Origin: an uncultured Planctomycetaceae bacterium
Lineage (GTDB): Bacteria > Planctomycetota > Planctomycetia > Planctomycetales > Planctomycetaceae
DNA: 64,000 nucleotides
Reading direction: 5' to 3'
Assembly (NCBI GenBank): GCA_963813715.1
Contig: CAWFAK010000005.1
Span: 192,001-256,000, forward strand
Both the position numbers and the translations under genes were made by a program. How positions within the stretch are numbered: the first letter of the stretch is position 1; every line of letters begins with the position of its first letter. Positions 1 through 10,305 of this stretch are shown here, piece by piece. Below the pieces are notes generated by a model that was given only the letters and a program-made list of their open reading frames with translations, ran no database searches and was not told the origin of the DNA.

Positions 1-1
1 G

Positions 2-543
2 CTGCGGTTCGAGGATTACATCTACCGCCTGTGGGTGCAGCAGGAGGGAATCGCGGCCGCCCACGTCGACGCGGCGCAGAATCACATCAAGAGCAACTAC
101 ATGCGGAACCCGCCGGCGGCGGAGGTCTTCAACGAGGAAGTCTCCAACCTGCTCAAGCGGAAGATCAAGTCGACGGTGACCCGGCTGGACGAGCTGTCGA
201 TCTCGTTCGATTACGACGGGGAAGTGACGGCACAGGACGCGCAGGAAATCCTCGACAAGATCGGCGCGCTCCACAGCCGCGCCTTGGAAGCCGCGCAGAC
301 CACGAAGGGCGCGGAGCGGCGCAGGCCCTCCGCGTCTTCGCCGCCAACTTGAACAAGGCCTTTTACGGCTTTGAACCCGATTTTTTCCAGCAGAACCTGC
401 TGCGGATCGTGGACGACGTGATCAGCGTCATCAAAGGCTCGATCGAGCTCTGGCCGACGCTCGTCGAGATCGCCTACTTCCAGAAAAACCGGATCGGCCT
501 GCCGCAAATCCGCGTGCAGAACGAAAAACTTGGAGTCGGTTGA
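2..543 (+). CDS. C-terminal part of an unknown protein, 5' end outside the window, apparent frameshift near 320
   Basis: The frame from base 2 reads LRFEDYIYRLWVQQEG...KGAER. Protein-like sequence continues in the 31..543 frame (AQALRVFAANLNKAFYGFEPDFFQQNLL...). No family recognised. Confidence 0.55.
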   Translation, partial: AVRGLHLPPVGAAGGNRGRPRRRGAESHQEQLHAEPAGGGGLQRGSLQPAQAEDQVDGDPAGRAVDLVRLRRGSDGTGRAGNPRQDRRAPQPRLGSRADHEGRGAAQALRVFAANLNKAFYGFEPDFFQQNLLRIVDDVISVIKGSIELWPTLVEIAYFQKNRIGLPQIRVQNEKLGVG

Positions 544-629
544 AGTCGCCAAACGAAGGACAGACTGGAACGCGTGGGCCGCCGGCCGACGCCATTGTCG
601 ATAAACGGAATTTTACAGAAGGAACTATC

Positions 630-1851
630 ATGCGCATCGCACAAGTCGCGCCGCTTTGCGAGAGCGTGCCTCCCCTGCGTTACGGGGGGACCGAACGCGT
701 CGTTTCGTACCTGACCGAGGAGCTGGTCCGGCTGGGCCACGAAGTGACCCTGTTTGCCAGCGGCGATTCGGTGACGAGCGCCAAGCTCGTGCCCGGATGT
801 CCGCGGGCCCTCTGGCACGAGCCCTCCTGCCGCGAAGAGCTGCCGCACCACGTGCGGCTGATGGAGCTGGTATTCGCGGACGCCTCGCGGTTCGACCTGA
901 TCCATTTTCACGTCGACTCGGTGCAGTTTCCGCTTTTGCGGCGCGTCGCTTGTCGGAGCGTGACCACCCTGCACGGGCGGCTCGACCTGCCCGATCTGCA
1001 GCCCCTCTTCGAGGAGTTCTCGGAAATTCCCGTCGTCTCGATTTCGGACAACCAGCGGCTGCCGATCCCCGGAGCCAACTGGCAGGGGACCGTGCTGCAC
1101 GGCCTGCCGCGGGACGTGCACACGTTTCGCGAGCAGCCGGGGAGTTATCTCGCCTTCCTGGGCCGCATCTCCCCGGAAAAACGGCTCGACCGCGCGATTG
1201 AAATCGCCCGCTTGTCCGGCCGCAAGCTGAAGGTCGCCGCCCGCATCTATAAAGGCGAGCGCGACTACGTCAAAGAGACAATCGAGCCGCTGCTCGAAAA
1301 GTACGCCTCGTTCGTCGAGTTCATCGGCGAAGTGGGCGGCCGCGACAAGGACGAGTTCTTGGGCAATGCGGAGGCCCTGCTCTTTCCCATCGACTGGCCC
1401 GAACCCTTTGGGCTGGTGATGATCGAGGCCCTGGCCTGCGGCACGCCGGTGATCGCTTGGCCCTGCGGCTCGGTGCCCGAGGTGATTGAAGACGGAGTGT
1501 CGGGCTACATCGTGGACAGCATCGACGATGCGGTCGACGCGGTCCGCCGCGTCCAATGGCTTGATCGCCGCGCCTGCCGCCGGGCGTTCGAGTCGCGGTT
1601 CGACGCCACGCGGATGGCCAACGATTACCTCCGCATTTATCGCCGCCAGCTCCAGTCGGGTCCGCACGAAGCGGCCAAAGGACTGCGCCACGCCGGCCCG
1701 AGTAGAACTCCCGTGCATCCACACGAGAGGCTGCGGACTGTGCGGCCGCACAGTCAACTGTTGGGCACTATGCCTGCAAGCGTGCCCCGCGGGATTGCGC
1801 AGCGAGGCCGAGTCGGGCGAGATCGCGCCCAACGAGGTCGAGCCCGTGTAG
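630..1851 (+). CDS. Glycosyltransferase family 4 (GT-B)
   Basis: MRIAQVAPL..PPLRYGGTERVV N-terminus and EPFGLVMIEALACGTPV motif, with an AGGAA RBS. The called ORF runs on to 2360 over the next gene, so a tail frameshift near 1787 with the true stop at 1851 is inferred. Confidence 0.85.
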
Positions 1852-1890
1852 AATTCCTCCGTAGAGAATTCCGCCGTGTAAAAATTTCTC
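1844..1890. repeat. About 3 degenerate 15-bp tandem units
   Basis: ccgtgtagaattcct / ccgtagagaattccg / ccgtgtaaaaatttc. Confidence 0.5.
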
Positions 1891-1936
1891 GGGCAAGATT
1901 CCCGGAGTCGATCCGGCGCAAAATCGGAGCAGGGCG

Positions 1937-4189
1937 ATGGACCGTTCCCAGTCAGTGTCCCGACCCGAGGAACAAGCGACCGGGAGCCGCGCGACCAACG
2001 GCGGCTCGACTCCGGGAGAGGCAGTCCCGATCGCCCCGGCCGACGGCAGCGCGTTCCGCATCCTGGCGGCGTCGAGCCTCGCCGACGAACGAACGCGCGT
2101 GCTCAAGCACGGCGACACGTTCGGCGTCTTCGATCACTACGGCGACATCAAGCCGGGCGGCCTCGGCGAAGAAGGCCTCTATCACGACGGCACGCGATTT
2201 CTCTCGGGCCTCTTGCTCGACCTGGAAGGCGGCCGCCCGTTCTTCCTCAGCTCGACGGTGCGCGACGAAAACGATCAGCTCCGCGTCTCCCTCACCAATC
2301 CCGACTTTCTCGACGAACGCCTGGTGCGGCTTCCGTTGGGCACGCTCGAGGTTTCGCTGACGCGTTTTCTCTGGAATGGCGTCTGTTATCAGCAATTGCA
2401 GATTCGCAACTACGGTCTGCAGACCGTCGAGACGTCGATGGGTCTGCACTTCACCGCCGACTTCGCCGACATCTTCGAAGTGCGCGGCATGCGCCGCAAA
2501 GCGCGGGGCGAGGATTTGCCGCCGGTCGTCGACGGGCAGACGGTGGTGCTGGCGTATCGCGGGCTCGACGGCGTCGTGCGGAAAAGCCGGCTGCATTTCG
2601 ACGTCGCGCCGACACGGCTCACCGCATCGTCGGCCCATCTGGAGCTGACGCTGAAGCCCCAGCAGGAGCGGACGCTGTCGCTCTCGGTCGCCTGCGAGAT
2701 TGAAGGCCGCCCGCCCCGCGTGCTGCGGTTCGAGGAAGCCCGCGGCGAGGTCGAAGCCGATCTCGAACGGTTCTCCGCCTGGTCGTGCCACCTGGGAACG
2801 TCGAACAGTCAGGTCAACGCCTGGATCAACCGGGCGGTGGCCGACCTGCACATGCTGACGACCGAGTTGCCGAGCGGACCCTATCCGTATGCCGGCATTC
2901 CCTGGTTCAACACGCCCTTCGGCCGCGACGGAATCATCACCGCGCTCGAGTGCCTGTGGATGCGGCCCGAGCTCTCGCAGGGCGTGCTCGCGTATCTGGC
3001 ATCGTCCCAGGCCACCGAAGTGCTCCCGCAACAGGATGCCGAGCCCGGCAAGATTCTGCACGAAACGCGGCGCGGTGAAATGGCAACTCTTCGCGAGATG
3101 CCTTTCGGCAAATACTACGGCAGCGTCGACGCGACGCCGCTCTTCGTGCTCTTGGCCGGCGCCTACTACGAGCGGACGGCAGATCGCGCGTTCATCGAGA
3201 AGCTGTGGCCGCACATCGAGGCGGCCCTGGGCTGGATCGAGCAGTACGGCGATCCCGACGGCGACGGGTTCATCGAATATCACCGGCAAGCGACCGACGG
3301 CCTGGTCCATCAGGGCTGGAAAGATTCGGACGACGCCGTGTTTCACGCCGACGGCACACTCGCCGAGGGGCCGATCGCACTCTGCGAAGTGCAGGGCTAC
3401 GTCTATGCCGCGTGGCGGGCCGGCTCCGCGCTGGCGGCCCTGTTGGGCCAGCCGCACCGAGCGGCCGAACTCGCCCATCGGGCGGAGAAATTGCGCGAGC
3501 AGTTCAACCGGGCCTTCTGGTGCGAAGACATCGGGACCTACGCGATCGCGCTCGACGGCCGCAAACAGCCGTGCAAAGTCCGCACGTCGAACGCCGGCCA
3601 GTGTCTCTTTACGGGCATTGCCGACCCGCAACATGCCCAGCATCTGGCGCGGACGCTGCTCGCGCCGGAATCGTTCTCCGGCTGGGGTGTGCGGACCGTC
3701 GCTTCCACCGAGCGGCGCTATAACCCGATGAGCTATCACAACGGCTCGATCTGGCCGCACGACAACGCACTCATCGCCTACGGTCTGTCCCGCTACGGGC
3801 ACCAGGAGCGGGCGCTGCGGATTCTGGCGGGGCTGTTTCAGAGCGGACGTTATTTCGAGCTGCAGCGAATGCCCGAGCTGTTTTGCGGCTTCGTCAGAGA
3901 CCCGGGCGCCGGGCCCGTGCTCTATCCGGTCGCCTGCTCGCCGCAAGCCTGGTCGGCCGCGTCGGTCTTTCTGCTGCTGCAAGCCGCGCTCGGCCTGGAG
4001 ATCAACGGCCCCGAAGGGCAGCTCAGCCTCACCCGGCCGACGCTACCGACGTTCCTCGAGGAGCTGCGGATCCACAACCTGCAAGTGGCCGGCGGCAGCG
4101 TCGATCTGCTGGTCGTCCGTCACGATCAGGACGTCGGCGTGAACGTGCTCCGTCGCGAAGGCAACGTGCAGATCCTCGTGGTGAAGTAA
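1937..4189 (+). CDS. Amylo-alpha-1,6-glucosidase / glycogen debranching enzyme family
   Basis: PYAGIPWFNTPFGRDG, EPGKILHE, YYGSVDATPLF, QGWKDS and YHNGSIWPHDN motifs; 750 aa. Confidence 0.9.
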   Translation: MDRSQSVSRPEEQATGSRATNGGSTPGEAVPIAPADGSAFRILAASSLADERTRVLKHGDTFGVFDHYGDIKPGGLGEEGLYHDGTRFLSGLLLDLEGGRPFFLSSTVRDENDQLRVSLTNPDFLDERLVRLPLGTLEVSLTRFLWNGVCYQQLQIRNYGLQTVETSMGLHFTADFADIFEVRGMRRKARGEDLPPVVDGQTVVLAYRGLDGVVRKSRLHFDVAPTRLTASSAHLELTLKPQQERTLSLSVACEIEGRPPRVLRFEEARGEVEADLERFSAWSCHLGTSNSQVNAWINRAVADLHMLTTELPSGPYPYAGIPWFNTPFGRDGIITALECLWMRPELSQGVLAYLASSQATEVLPQQDAEPGKILHETRRGEMATLREMPFGKYYGSVDATPLFVLLAGAYYERTADRAFIEKLWPHIEAALGWIEQYGDPDGDGFIEYHRQATDGLVHQGWKDSDDAVFHADGTLAEGPIALCEVQGYVYAAWRAGSALAALLGQPHRAAELAHRAEKLREQFNRAFWCEDIGTYAIALDGRKQPCKVRTSNAGQCLFTGIADPQHAQHLARTLLAPESFSGWGVRTVASTERRYNPMSYHNGSIWPHDNALIAYGLSRYGHQERALRILAGLFQSGRYFELQRMPELFCGFVRDPGAGPVLYPVACSPQAWSAASVFLLLQAALGLEINGPEGQLSLTRPTLPTFLEELRIHNLQVAGGSVDLLVVRHDQDVGVNVLRREGNVQILVVK

Positions 4190-4193
4190 TTCG

Positions 4194-4305
4194 AGAGCCG
4201 CGCACGCAGTAAGCGGTGTCTTTTTTTGTTTCGCCTTCTGTCTTTCCGGTGCATCGCCCGAGCGCTTAGAAAGACAAAGGCACCGCTTACTGCGTGCGCG
4301 GCTCT
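4194..4305. repeat. REPIN-like inverted repeat (30-bp arms), may act as a bidirectional terminator
   Basis: agagccgcgcacgcagtaagcggtgtcttt (4194-4223) matches the reverse complement of 4276-4305 with one mismatch. It lies between convergent genes. Confidence 0.85.
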
Positions 4306-4517
4306 TTTGGGGCAATCCACCAGCGTCGCACGGCGACGATCGACCAGACGCCCTCCACCAGTCCAAACGGCCACGCGCCTTGGAGGAATCCGTAAATGGA
4401 CCCCAACACGCAGGATCCGGCAAAGGCCAGAATGAACCAGCGGCTTCGTGCCTCTAACGCATAGCAGGTCATCATGGCCGTGACGGCGAAGAGGCCGAAG
4501 ATCGTGAGTGGCTCCAC
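4287..4517 (-). CDS. Small membrane protein (76 aa)
   Basis: Three hydrophobic segments and a YGFLQGAWPFGLVEGVW motif; directly downstream of the response regulator. Confidence 0.7.
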   Translation of the reverse strand: MEPLTIFGLFAVTAMMTCYALEARSRWFILAFAGSCVLGSIYGFLQGAWPFGLVEGVWSIVAVRRWWIAPKEPRTQ

Positions 4518-4574
4518 TGACGAGGGCTCTCCCGTGGGTGAACGCGGAGCGACGGCCGGCTCCGATTCGCTCGC

Positions 4575-5924
4575 TCAGAGGCCGTAGCGTTTGCGCTTGC
4601 GATACAGCGTGCTGGGGTCGATGCCCAGGACCGTCGCCGCTTCCTCCATCGTCGGCGTTTGGGCCAGCACGCGGCGAATGTGTTCGGCCTCGAGCTGCTC
4701 GAGCGTCACCGCGCTGCCGAGGGCGAGCGTGCTCTCGGGACCGCGGGCGCCGATCTGGGCCGGCAGATCGGCGAGTCCCACTTCGCGATCGCGGGCGAGA
4801 ATGACACCGCGTTCGACGGCATTTCGCAGCTCGCGGACGTTGCCGGGCCACGGGTGCTTGAGCAGGGCGGCCCGCGCTTCTTCGGTGAACTGCAAGATGG
4901 GCTTGCCCGACTGCCGGGCGAAAAACTGCAACAGGTGCGTGGCCAGCGGCAGGATGTCGTCCGGGCGCTGCCGCAACGACGGCAGCGTGACGTCGATGAC
5001 GTTGAGCCGATAGAACAGATCTTCGCGAAACGTGCCGGCGGCCACTGCCTCTTCGAGCTTGTGGTTGGTGGCGGCGATGATCCGCACGTCGCTCGAGCGC
5101 GTCGACGGTTCGCCCACCCGCTCGTAGCGTTTTTCCTGCAACAGCCGCAACAGCTTGGGTTGCAGGGTGAGCGGGAGGTCGCCCACTTCGTCGAGGAAGA
5201 GCGTGCCCCCCTCGGCCGCCGCCACTTTGCCGACCGCGTCCTGCACAGCGCCGGTGAAGGCGCCGCGGACGTGGCCGAAGAGTTCGGTTTCCAAGAGTTC
5301 CGTCGACAGGCTCGGACAGTGCACGGTGACGAAGGCCGCGGCCGAACGGGAGCTGCGGGCATGAATGGCCCGCGCGACGACGCCTTTGCCCGTGCCGCTT
5401 TCGCCGCGGAGGAGGATCGTGGCCTCGGTGGCCGCCGCGCGGAAGGCCATGTCGAGACACTGCTGCATGGCGGGCTGGCGGGTCTGCAAGTCGGCCTCGG
5501 GCACGACCGACCGGACCTGTTCCTCCAACTCTTCGACGTGCGACTGCAGCTGGTGCAGACGCCGCACGCGATCGAGCACGGCCCGCACCTGTCCGGGCGT
5601 GAACGGCTTGGGCAGGTAATCGGCGGCGCCCAACCGCATGGCTTCGACGGCCGTCTCGATCGTGGCGTACGCCGTGATCACGATGACGGCCAGCCCGGGC
5701 GCCAGCTGCAGAAGCGCGGGCAGCAGATCGAGCCCTTGTTCGCGCCCCAACCTCAGGTCGAGAAACGCGACGTCGAATTGATGATGGGCCAGGAGATCGC
5801 GGCCCTGCGTGGCCGTGCCCGCTTCGAGTACGCGATGGTCCATCGTCTCCAGGGCCATCCGCAACGATTTGCGCAGGCTCTGTTCGTCGTCAATCAGCAG
5901 AATGTTCACGAATCGCGGCTCCAA
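4575..5924 (-). CDS. Sigma54-dependent response regulator (NtrC/AlgB type; REC-AAA+-Fis HTH)
   Basis: LLIDDE receiver domain, GESGTGKG, ELFGHVRGAFTGA, WPGNVRELRN, and a C-terminal LGIDPSTLYRK HTH. Confidence 0.93.
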   Translation of the reverse strand: MEPRFVNILLIDDEQSLRKSLRMALETMDHRVLEAGTATQGRDLLAHHQFDVAFLDLRLGREQGLDLLPALLQLAPGLAVIVITAYATIETAVEAMRLGAADYLPKPFTPGQVRAVLDRVRRLHQLQSHVEELEEQVRSVVPEADLQTRQPAMQQCLDMAFRAAATEATILLRGESGTGKGVVARAIHARSSRSAAAFVTVHCPSLSTELLETELFGHVRGAFTGAVQDAVGKVAAAEGGTLFLDEVGDLPLTLQPKLLRLLQEKRYERVGEPSTRSSDVRIIAATNHKLEEAVAAGTFREDLFYRLNVIDVTLPSLRQRPDDILPLATHLLQFFARQSGKPILQFTEEARAALLKHPWPGNVRELRNAVERGVILARDREVGLADLPAQIGARGPESTLALGSAVTLEQLEAEHIRRVLAQTPTMEEAATVLGIDPSTLYRKRKRYGL

Positions 5925-6339
5925 GCCTGCAACGTCTTCCCAGCCATCATAGAGCGCAAGGTCGCAGGAGTCGCATTCCTCGTACCTGTCGGCATAACGC
6001 CGACAAAGCGAACCAGAAGTGATTCAGCTTCAATCACTTGGATCAAAGCGCGCGTCGGGCTCCAAACGGCTCATCGCCGTGCAGTTCGCCCGGCTGCCGT
6101 GCGAAATGCAAGACCAGCGCTGCTCTGGAGTTAGCGCGGGACGAACGCGTCGACGACGACGAAACTTTGCGGCGTGCGGCGGACGATACTACTGCCGTCG
6201 GATTGCTCCCAGGGATGCGAGCAGCCGGCAATGCTTCGCGCCACCGGGCATTTGGTCTCGGTCTCTGCAGGCAATTTAGCGGAATCGATTTGCCGCTCCC
6301 TTCGGGAGACGCGGCAAACGCAGCAAGGATGCGACTCTT

Positions 6340-8031
6340 ATGATCACGGGTTTTGTCCTGGGACTTGCGCTGGGCGCAACCGGCCAGGTGCCGCTGAATC
6401 AATTGCAAGTTTTAGGTGCGCCGAGCCCGGTGCAAACCGCGCCGGCTTTGCCCGCGAACGCCTACGCGAGCTTCGACGCGGGCCTCGGCTATCAGCCCGT
6501 GCCTCCGCCTCCGAATCCCGCTTCGCAGGGACCGCTACCGGGCTCGCCCCCGGGCACTCCCGGAGGGCCGCCCGCACCAGCACCGGCCGCGGCTCCGTGT
6601 GCCCCCGGCGATACGAGCGTCCGGCCCGATTGGATGCAGCCCGGTTGTTGCGGGGCGTGCTGGCTCGACGGCGATTGTTGGTGCACGCGCTTCTTCAAGC
6701 AGTACTACGACGCGTTTAATCCCTCGGGTGACACGCCCGACGAACCGCCGGCCCCGCGCCGCGCCCTTCCTGAATCGTGGCCGTCGCCCCCGTTCCCCGG
6801 GCACGAATTCCAGGGCTATCCCCTGGTTGGCGTGCCGGTCTCGCCCCACAGCGGGGATCCGTTGATGGCCTCACTCAAGGGCACGTGGCTGGGCAACTGG
6901 CTCAACGACAACAAGATCGACATCTACGGCTGGGTGACCGGCGAATACAACTACAGCACGTCGCAACACAGCAACCAGCCCGACTCTTACTGGATCGTTC
7001 CCAATCGGGCTGAGGTCGACCAGGCCGTGCTGCGTTTCGAGCGGCAGGCCGATATGGTCCAGACCGACCACATCGACTGGGGTTTCCGCTTCACAAACCT
7101 CTACGGCATCGACTACCGCTACTTGACGGCCGGCGGCTACTTCAGCCAGCAATCGCTGCAGGAGAACTATCTGTACGGCTACGATCCGACCGAAATCTAC
7201 GGCGAGATGTACATTCCGTGGGTTGCGCAGGGCATGGTGATTCGAGTCGGCCGCTGGATCGCCTGCCCCGACATCGAAACGCAGTTTGCGCCCGACAACT
7301 ACATGGGCAGCCACTCGCTGTTGTTCACTTACGACACGTACACGCAGTCCGGCATCATGCTCACGTTCTGCTTGAGCGAGCAATGGATGTTCCAGTGCGC
7401 GATCACGGCCGGCACCGACATGGCCCCTTGGTATCCCGGGGCGACTCCGACCGGCTTCTTCGGCCTGCGCTGGGTGTCGAAAGACAACCGCGACTCGATC
7501 TACACGTGCCTCAACAACATCAATAACGCCAAGTTCCGGACCTTCGAGGAGTACGGCGAACTGGTCGGGCACGACAACTTCAACTACGTCGTCAGCACGT
7601 GGACCCACAAGTTCACCGACAGCGGCAGCATCCACACCAACACCGAAGCCTATTACATGTGGCAGTTCGACGCGCATGTGGGCGGCACCTCGAGCGTCGC
7701 TCCGGTCGACAGCTTCGGCGGCGGCGGACTCGGCGCGCTCATTCCAGGCGATGCCGCAGCTTACGGCGTGCTCAACTACACCGAGTTCCAGCTCTCGAAG
7801 AAAAGCTTTCTCTCGGTCCGCAACGAGGTCTGGGAAGATCAGAAGGGCGAACGAACGGGCTTCGCGAACCTCTACTCCAGCCACGCGATCGGCATCAGCT
7901 ACAACGTCAATCCCTTGTGGCAGATCCGCCCTGAGTTCGGCTATTACCGAGGCTATTACCAACGGGCCTTCGACGACGGCAACGCCATGGGCGAGTGGAT
8001 CGTCGGATTGGATACGACGTTGCGATTCTAA
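6340..8031 (+). CDS. Outer-membrane beta-barrel porin (BBP2/DUF1597-like)
   Basis: Signal-like N-terminus, Pro-rich linker, alternating aromatic beta strands (IDWGFRFTNLYGIDYRY), C-terminal Phe. Confidence 0.75.
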   Translation: MITGFVLGLALGATGQVPLNQLQVLGAPSPVQTAPALPANAYASFDAGLGYQPVPPPPNPASQGPLPGSPPGTPGGPPAPAPAAAPCAPGDTSVRPDWMQPGCCGACWLDGDCWCTRFFKQYYDAFNPSGDTPDEPPAPRRALPESWPSPPFPGHEFQGYPLVGVPVSPHSGDPLMASLKGTWLGNWLNDNKIDIYGWVTGEYNYSTSQHSNQPDSYWIVPNRAEVDQAVLRFERQADMVQTDHIDWGFRFTNLYGIDYRYLTAGGYFSQQSLQENYLYGYDPTEIYGEMYIPWVAQGMVIRVGRWIACPDIETQFAPDNYMGSHSLLFTYDTYTQSGIMLTFCLSEQWMFQCAITAGTDMAPWYPGATPTGFFGLRWVSKDNRDSIYTCLNNINNAKFRTFEEYGELVGHDNFNYVVSTWTHKFTDSGSIHTNTEAYYMWQFDAHVGGTSSVAPVDSFGGGGLGALIPGDAAAYGVLNYTEFQLSKKSFLSVRNEVWEDQKGERTGFANLYSSHAIGISYNVNPLWQIRPEFGYYRGYYQRAFDDGNAMGEWIVGLDTTLRF

Positions 8032-8062
8032 ACCCGACGGGGAAACCTGCGCGACCGTCGGC

Positions 8063-8111
8063 AGCTTTCGGTCGGAAGGGGCACTCCCCCACTTCGGCCG
8101 AAAGCCTTTTT
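8063..8111 (+). terminator. Intrinsic terminator after the porin
   Basis: gctttcggtcgga...tcggccgaaagc stem followed by a T run. Confidence 0.6.
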
Positions 8112-8783
8112 CATTCGAACCCGCTGCGTCGGTCGCAATGCAAATTGCCTGGATCGGCCGGGCGATCTCATGCAAAATCACCTGTCCGCAACTGGGCGCA
8201 TGCTTCTTGAATGCGCTGGCGGTGGTCGCCCGTGAGAACGAAAGTGTCTCACGCATCATTGCTTAGGTCACGCGTCGGACACGCCGCCGCTCGCTCGGAA
8301 TGGCGTTTGCCTTTCTGGACGCCGGACCGGTGGTGAAGGTTCTGGCGTCGAGCCGAACGGGTCAGGTCCCTGGTCTGGATTGAAACCGCTATCGGCCGCG
8401 CGCGAAATCTGACTCGCGAGAAGCGCGGCGCCGAACTGAGACGACGACACAAATGATCTCGCGCCTGCACGATGCGAGGCTGGCTGGGGCTGGCATCAAT
8501 GCTCTCGTTTCCGGAATGCTCGAGAAGACCGGCGACACCTGCGCGCTTGACGATCCTTCTTCCCAGCATTCCGGCGATGAGCCGACTTACAAGGCTCCCG
8601 TGAGCGCGAACGACGCCCGCCGCCATTCCGAGCGACTCGCGTCGTACATCGCGGTGTTTTTCGGATGGCGCCAAGCGGCCGGGTCTTGAGGTCGCCGCTT
8701 CTTTCCATGGGTCTCATGTCGAGGCGATTGAGGTCACGGACCAGTGCCGCGGGGCTCCCGCCCGCAGAGTGGTGAGGATTTCG

Positions 8784-9134
8784 ATGAAGCTCTACAGCGT
8801 GCACTTTTCCTCATGGCACGATTTGTACTACGTCATTGAGACGCAGTCCGATCGCGGGCGCGTCGTCTATGCGAATGCCTGGCGAATGTGCGCCCAGTAC
8901 GTGGCCGAGCGCCTTCAGTGCGAGCAATCTCTGGGGGACGCGGCGGGAACATGCCCTGACATCCAAGAACATGCTCGCGACGACTCAGCCCAATGCCCTC
9001 TATCGGTGCTCGGCGACGGACGCTATCCGTCCACGCCCGTTTGGAAGGGTTGGGCGAGTTTTACAGAGTCGCTTTCTCCGGCGCTTTCGCCGGCGCGTGA
9101 CTCGCCTGCTGCCGCGCTCTCTGCGAGGAGGTGA
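8784..9134 (+). CDS. Hypothetical protein
   Basis: GAGGA RBS before ATG 8784. The N-terminal half looks protein-like (MKLYSVHFSSWHDLYYVIE). No family recognised. Confidence 0.3.
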   Translation: MKLYSVHFSSWHDLYYVIETQSDRGRVVYANAWRMCAQYVAERLQCEQSLGDAAGTCPDIQEHARDDSAQCPLSVLGDGRYPSTPVWKGWASFTESLSPALSPARDSPAAALSARR

Positions 9135-9594
9135 TGTTCGCACAGCACGCGAAGTGCGCCCGCTCATCGAGTCGCGGTGCTAATTGATCAGCGGCGGCCT
9201 GGCGCAAAGAGACGCCGCCGAGACGCGCTGCTCCCGCTGAAGTTCGCGGGCGAAGTCCGTGACTCCGCCAAGTCCGCTGGTAATGACGCTCCTCCCGACG
9301 GGGGCGCCTTCCCCGAGCACCAATTGGAATCCTGGCCCGACGACTCGACCTAAGCCGAGGACGACAACCCATTCACCAGATCCAAAGTGTCGAGCAGAAT
9401 CATTGAGCAGCAGGCTTCCTCAATGAGTCTAGCGAATTTCGCGGATTCGTGAGCCCGCCGTTCGCAGCGTGAAAGGAACACGCACCCGGGAAATCTTGTC
9501 GCTCGAGGCCCTGGGGCGTACCGTTGAGACTGTGACTGTGGGCCGCGCCGCGTGACTTCCGGGGATCTCGAGCCCGATTTAGAGGAGCCGGTCG

Positions 9595-10287
9595 ATGCCG
9601 CATCAAGCACTCTCAACCCAGGAGATCCACACACTCTTCATTGAGGAGATCTCGGACGCGGGCGGTGTCGGTTCGGACACCTTTGACGACGGCCAGTGGC
9701 TCTTTTGTCGTTCCATCCTGCCCTGGCTTGCCGATGTGCGACCTCACGACGAAATGAAAGGCGGCGTGGCGCTGAGGGCAACGGACTGCGAGATCGCGAT
9801 TCATCCCTACTTGTTCCGCACGGTTTGTCGGAACGGCGCAATCATGGCGCACGCGATCGAGACGCGACGGGTCGAGAACTCCGACTTTCGATTGCGCGAA
9901 GAGGTGACCGGAGAGCTGCGAGAAGCCCTGCGCACCTGCTGCGGGGAAGAGGTGTTTACGGACGCTGCCCAAGAAGTTCGGTTGACGGTTCACCGTGAGG
10001 CTGACTTGGCCCTCATGATGTTGCCCTTCATCTCGCGTCTGCCGTCCCCGGCGGGACTCGAAATCTTGAGGCAAATCGCCTCGCGATTCTTCGAGGATCC
10101 GGCACGCTCACAATTCGCCCTGGCGAATGCCGTGACGTCGGTGGCGCGAGATACCCGCGATCCGGAACTGCGTTGGCGGTTGGAGGAGTTCGGCGGAGGC
10201 CTGCTGACAGCCCGCACGCCCTCGCCGTCGTTTGATCCCAGTCAGGCGCACGCCGCGTTGTCTGACGAGTGCGTGATCAGCACCTGA
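9595..10287 (+). CDS. DUF932/DUF945-like protein
   Basis: GAGGAG RBS; PYLFRTVCRNGAI resembles the RxxCxNG motif; C-terminal LANAVT...LEEFGG. Confidence 0.55.
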   Translation: MPHQALSTQEIHTLFIEEISDAGGVGSDTFDDGQWLFCRSILPWLADVRPHDEMKGGVALRATDCEIAIHPYLFRTVCRNGAIMAHAIETRRVENSDFRLREEVTGELREALRTCCGEEVFTDAAQEVRLTVHREADLALMMLPFISRLPSPAGLEILRQIASRFFEDPARSQFALANAVTSVARDTRDPELRWRLEEFGGGLLTARTPSPSFDPSQAHAALSDECVIST

Positions 10288-10305
10288 GCTGCGCCAGCGC
10301 GGATC

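Noticed and set aside
1851..2360. GT4 C-terminal extension overlapping the glucosidase
   Set aside because: Arg-rich off-frame sequence, better explained by a frameshift with a stop at 1851.
6220..6340. Sigma54 -24/-12 promoter or riboswitch ahead of the porin
   Set aside because: The GG...GC candidates checked have 9- or 11-bp spacing rather than 10. The hairpin at about 6290-6317 matches no riboswitch I can recognise.
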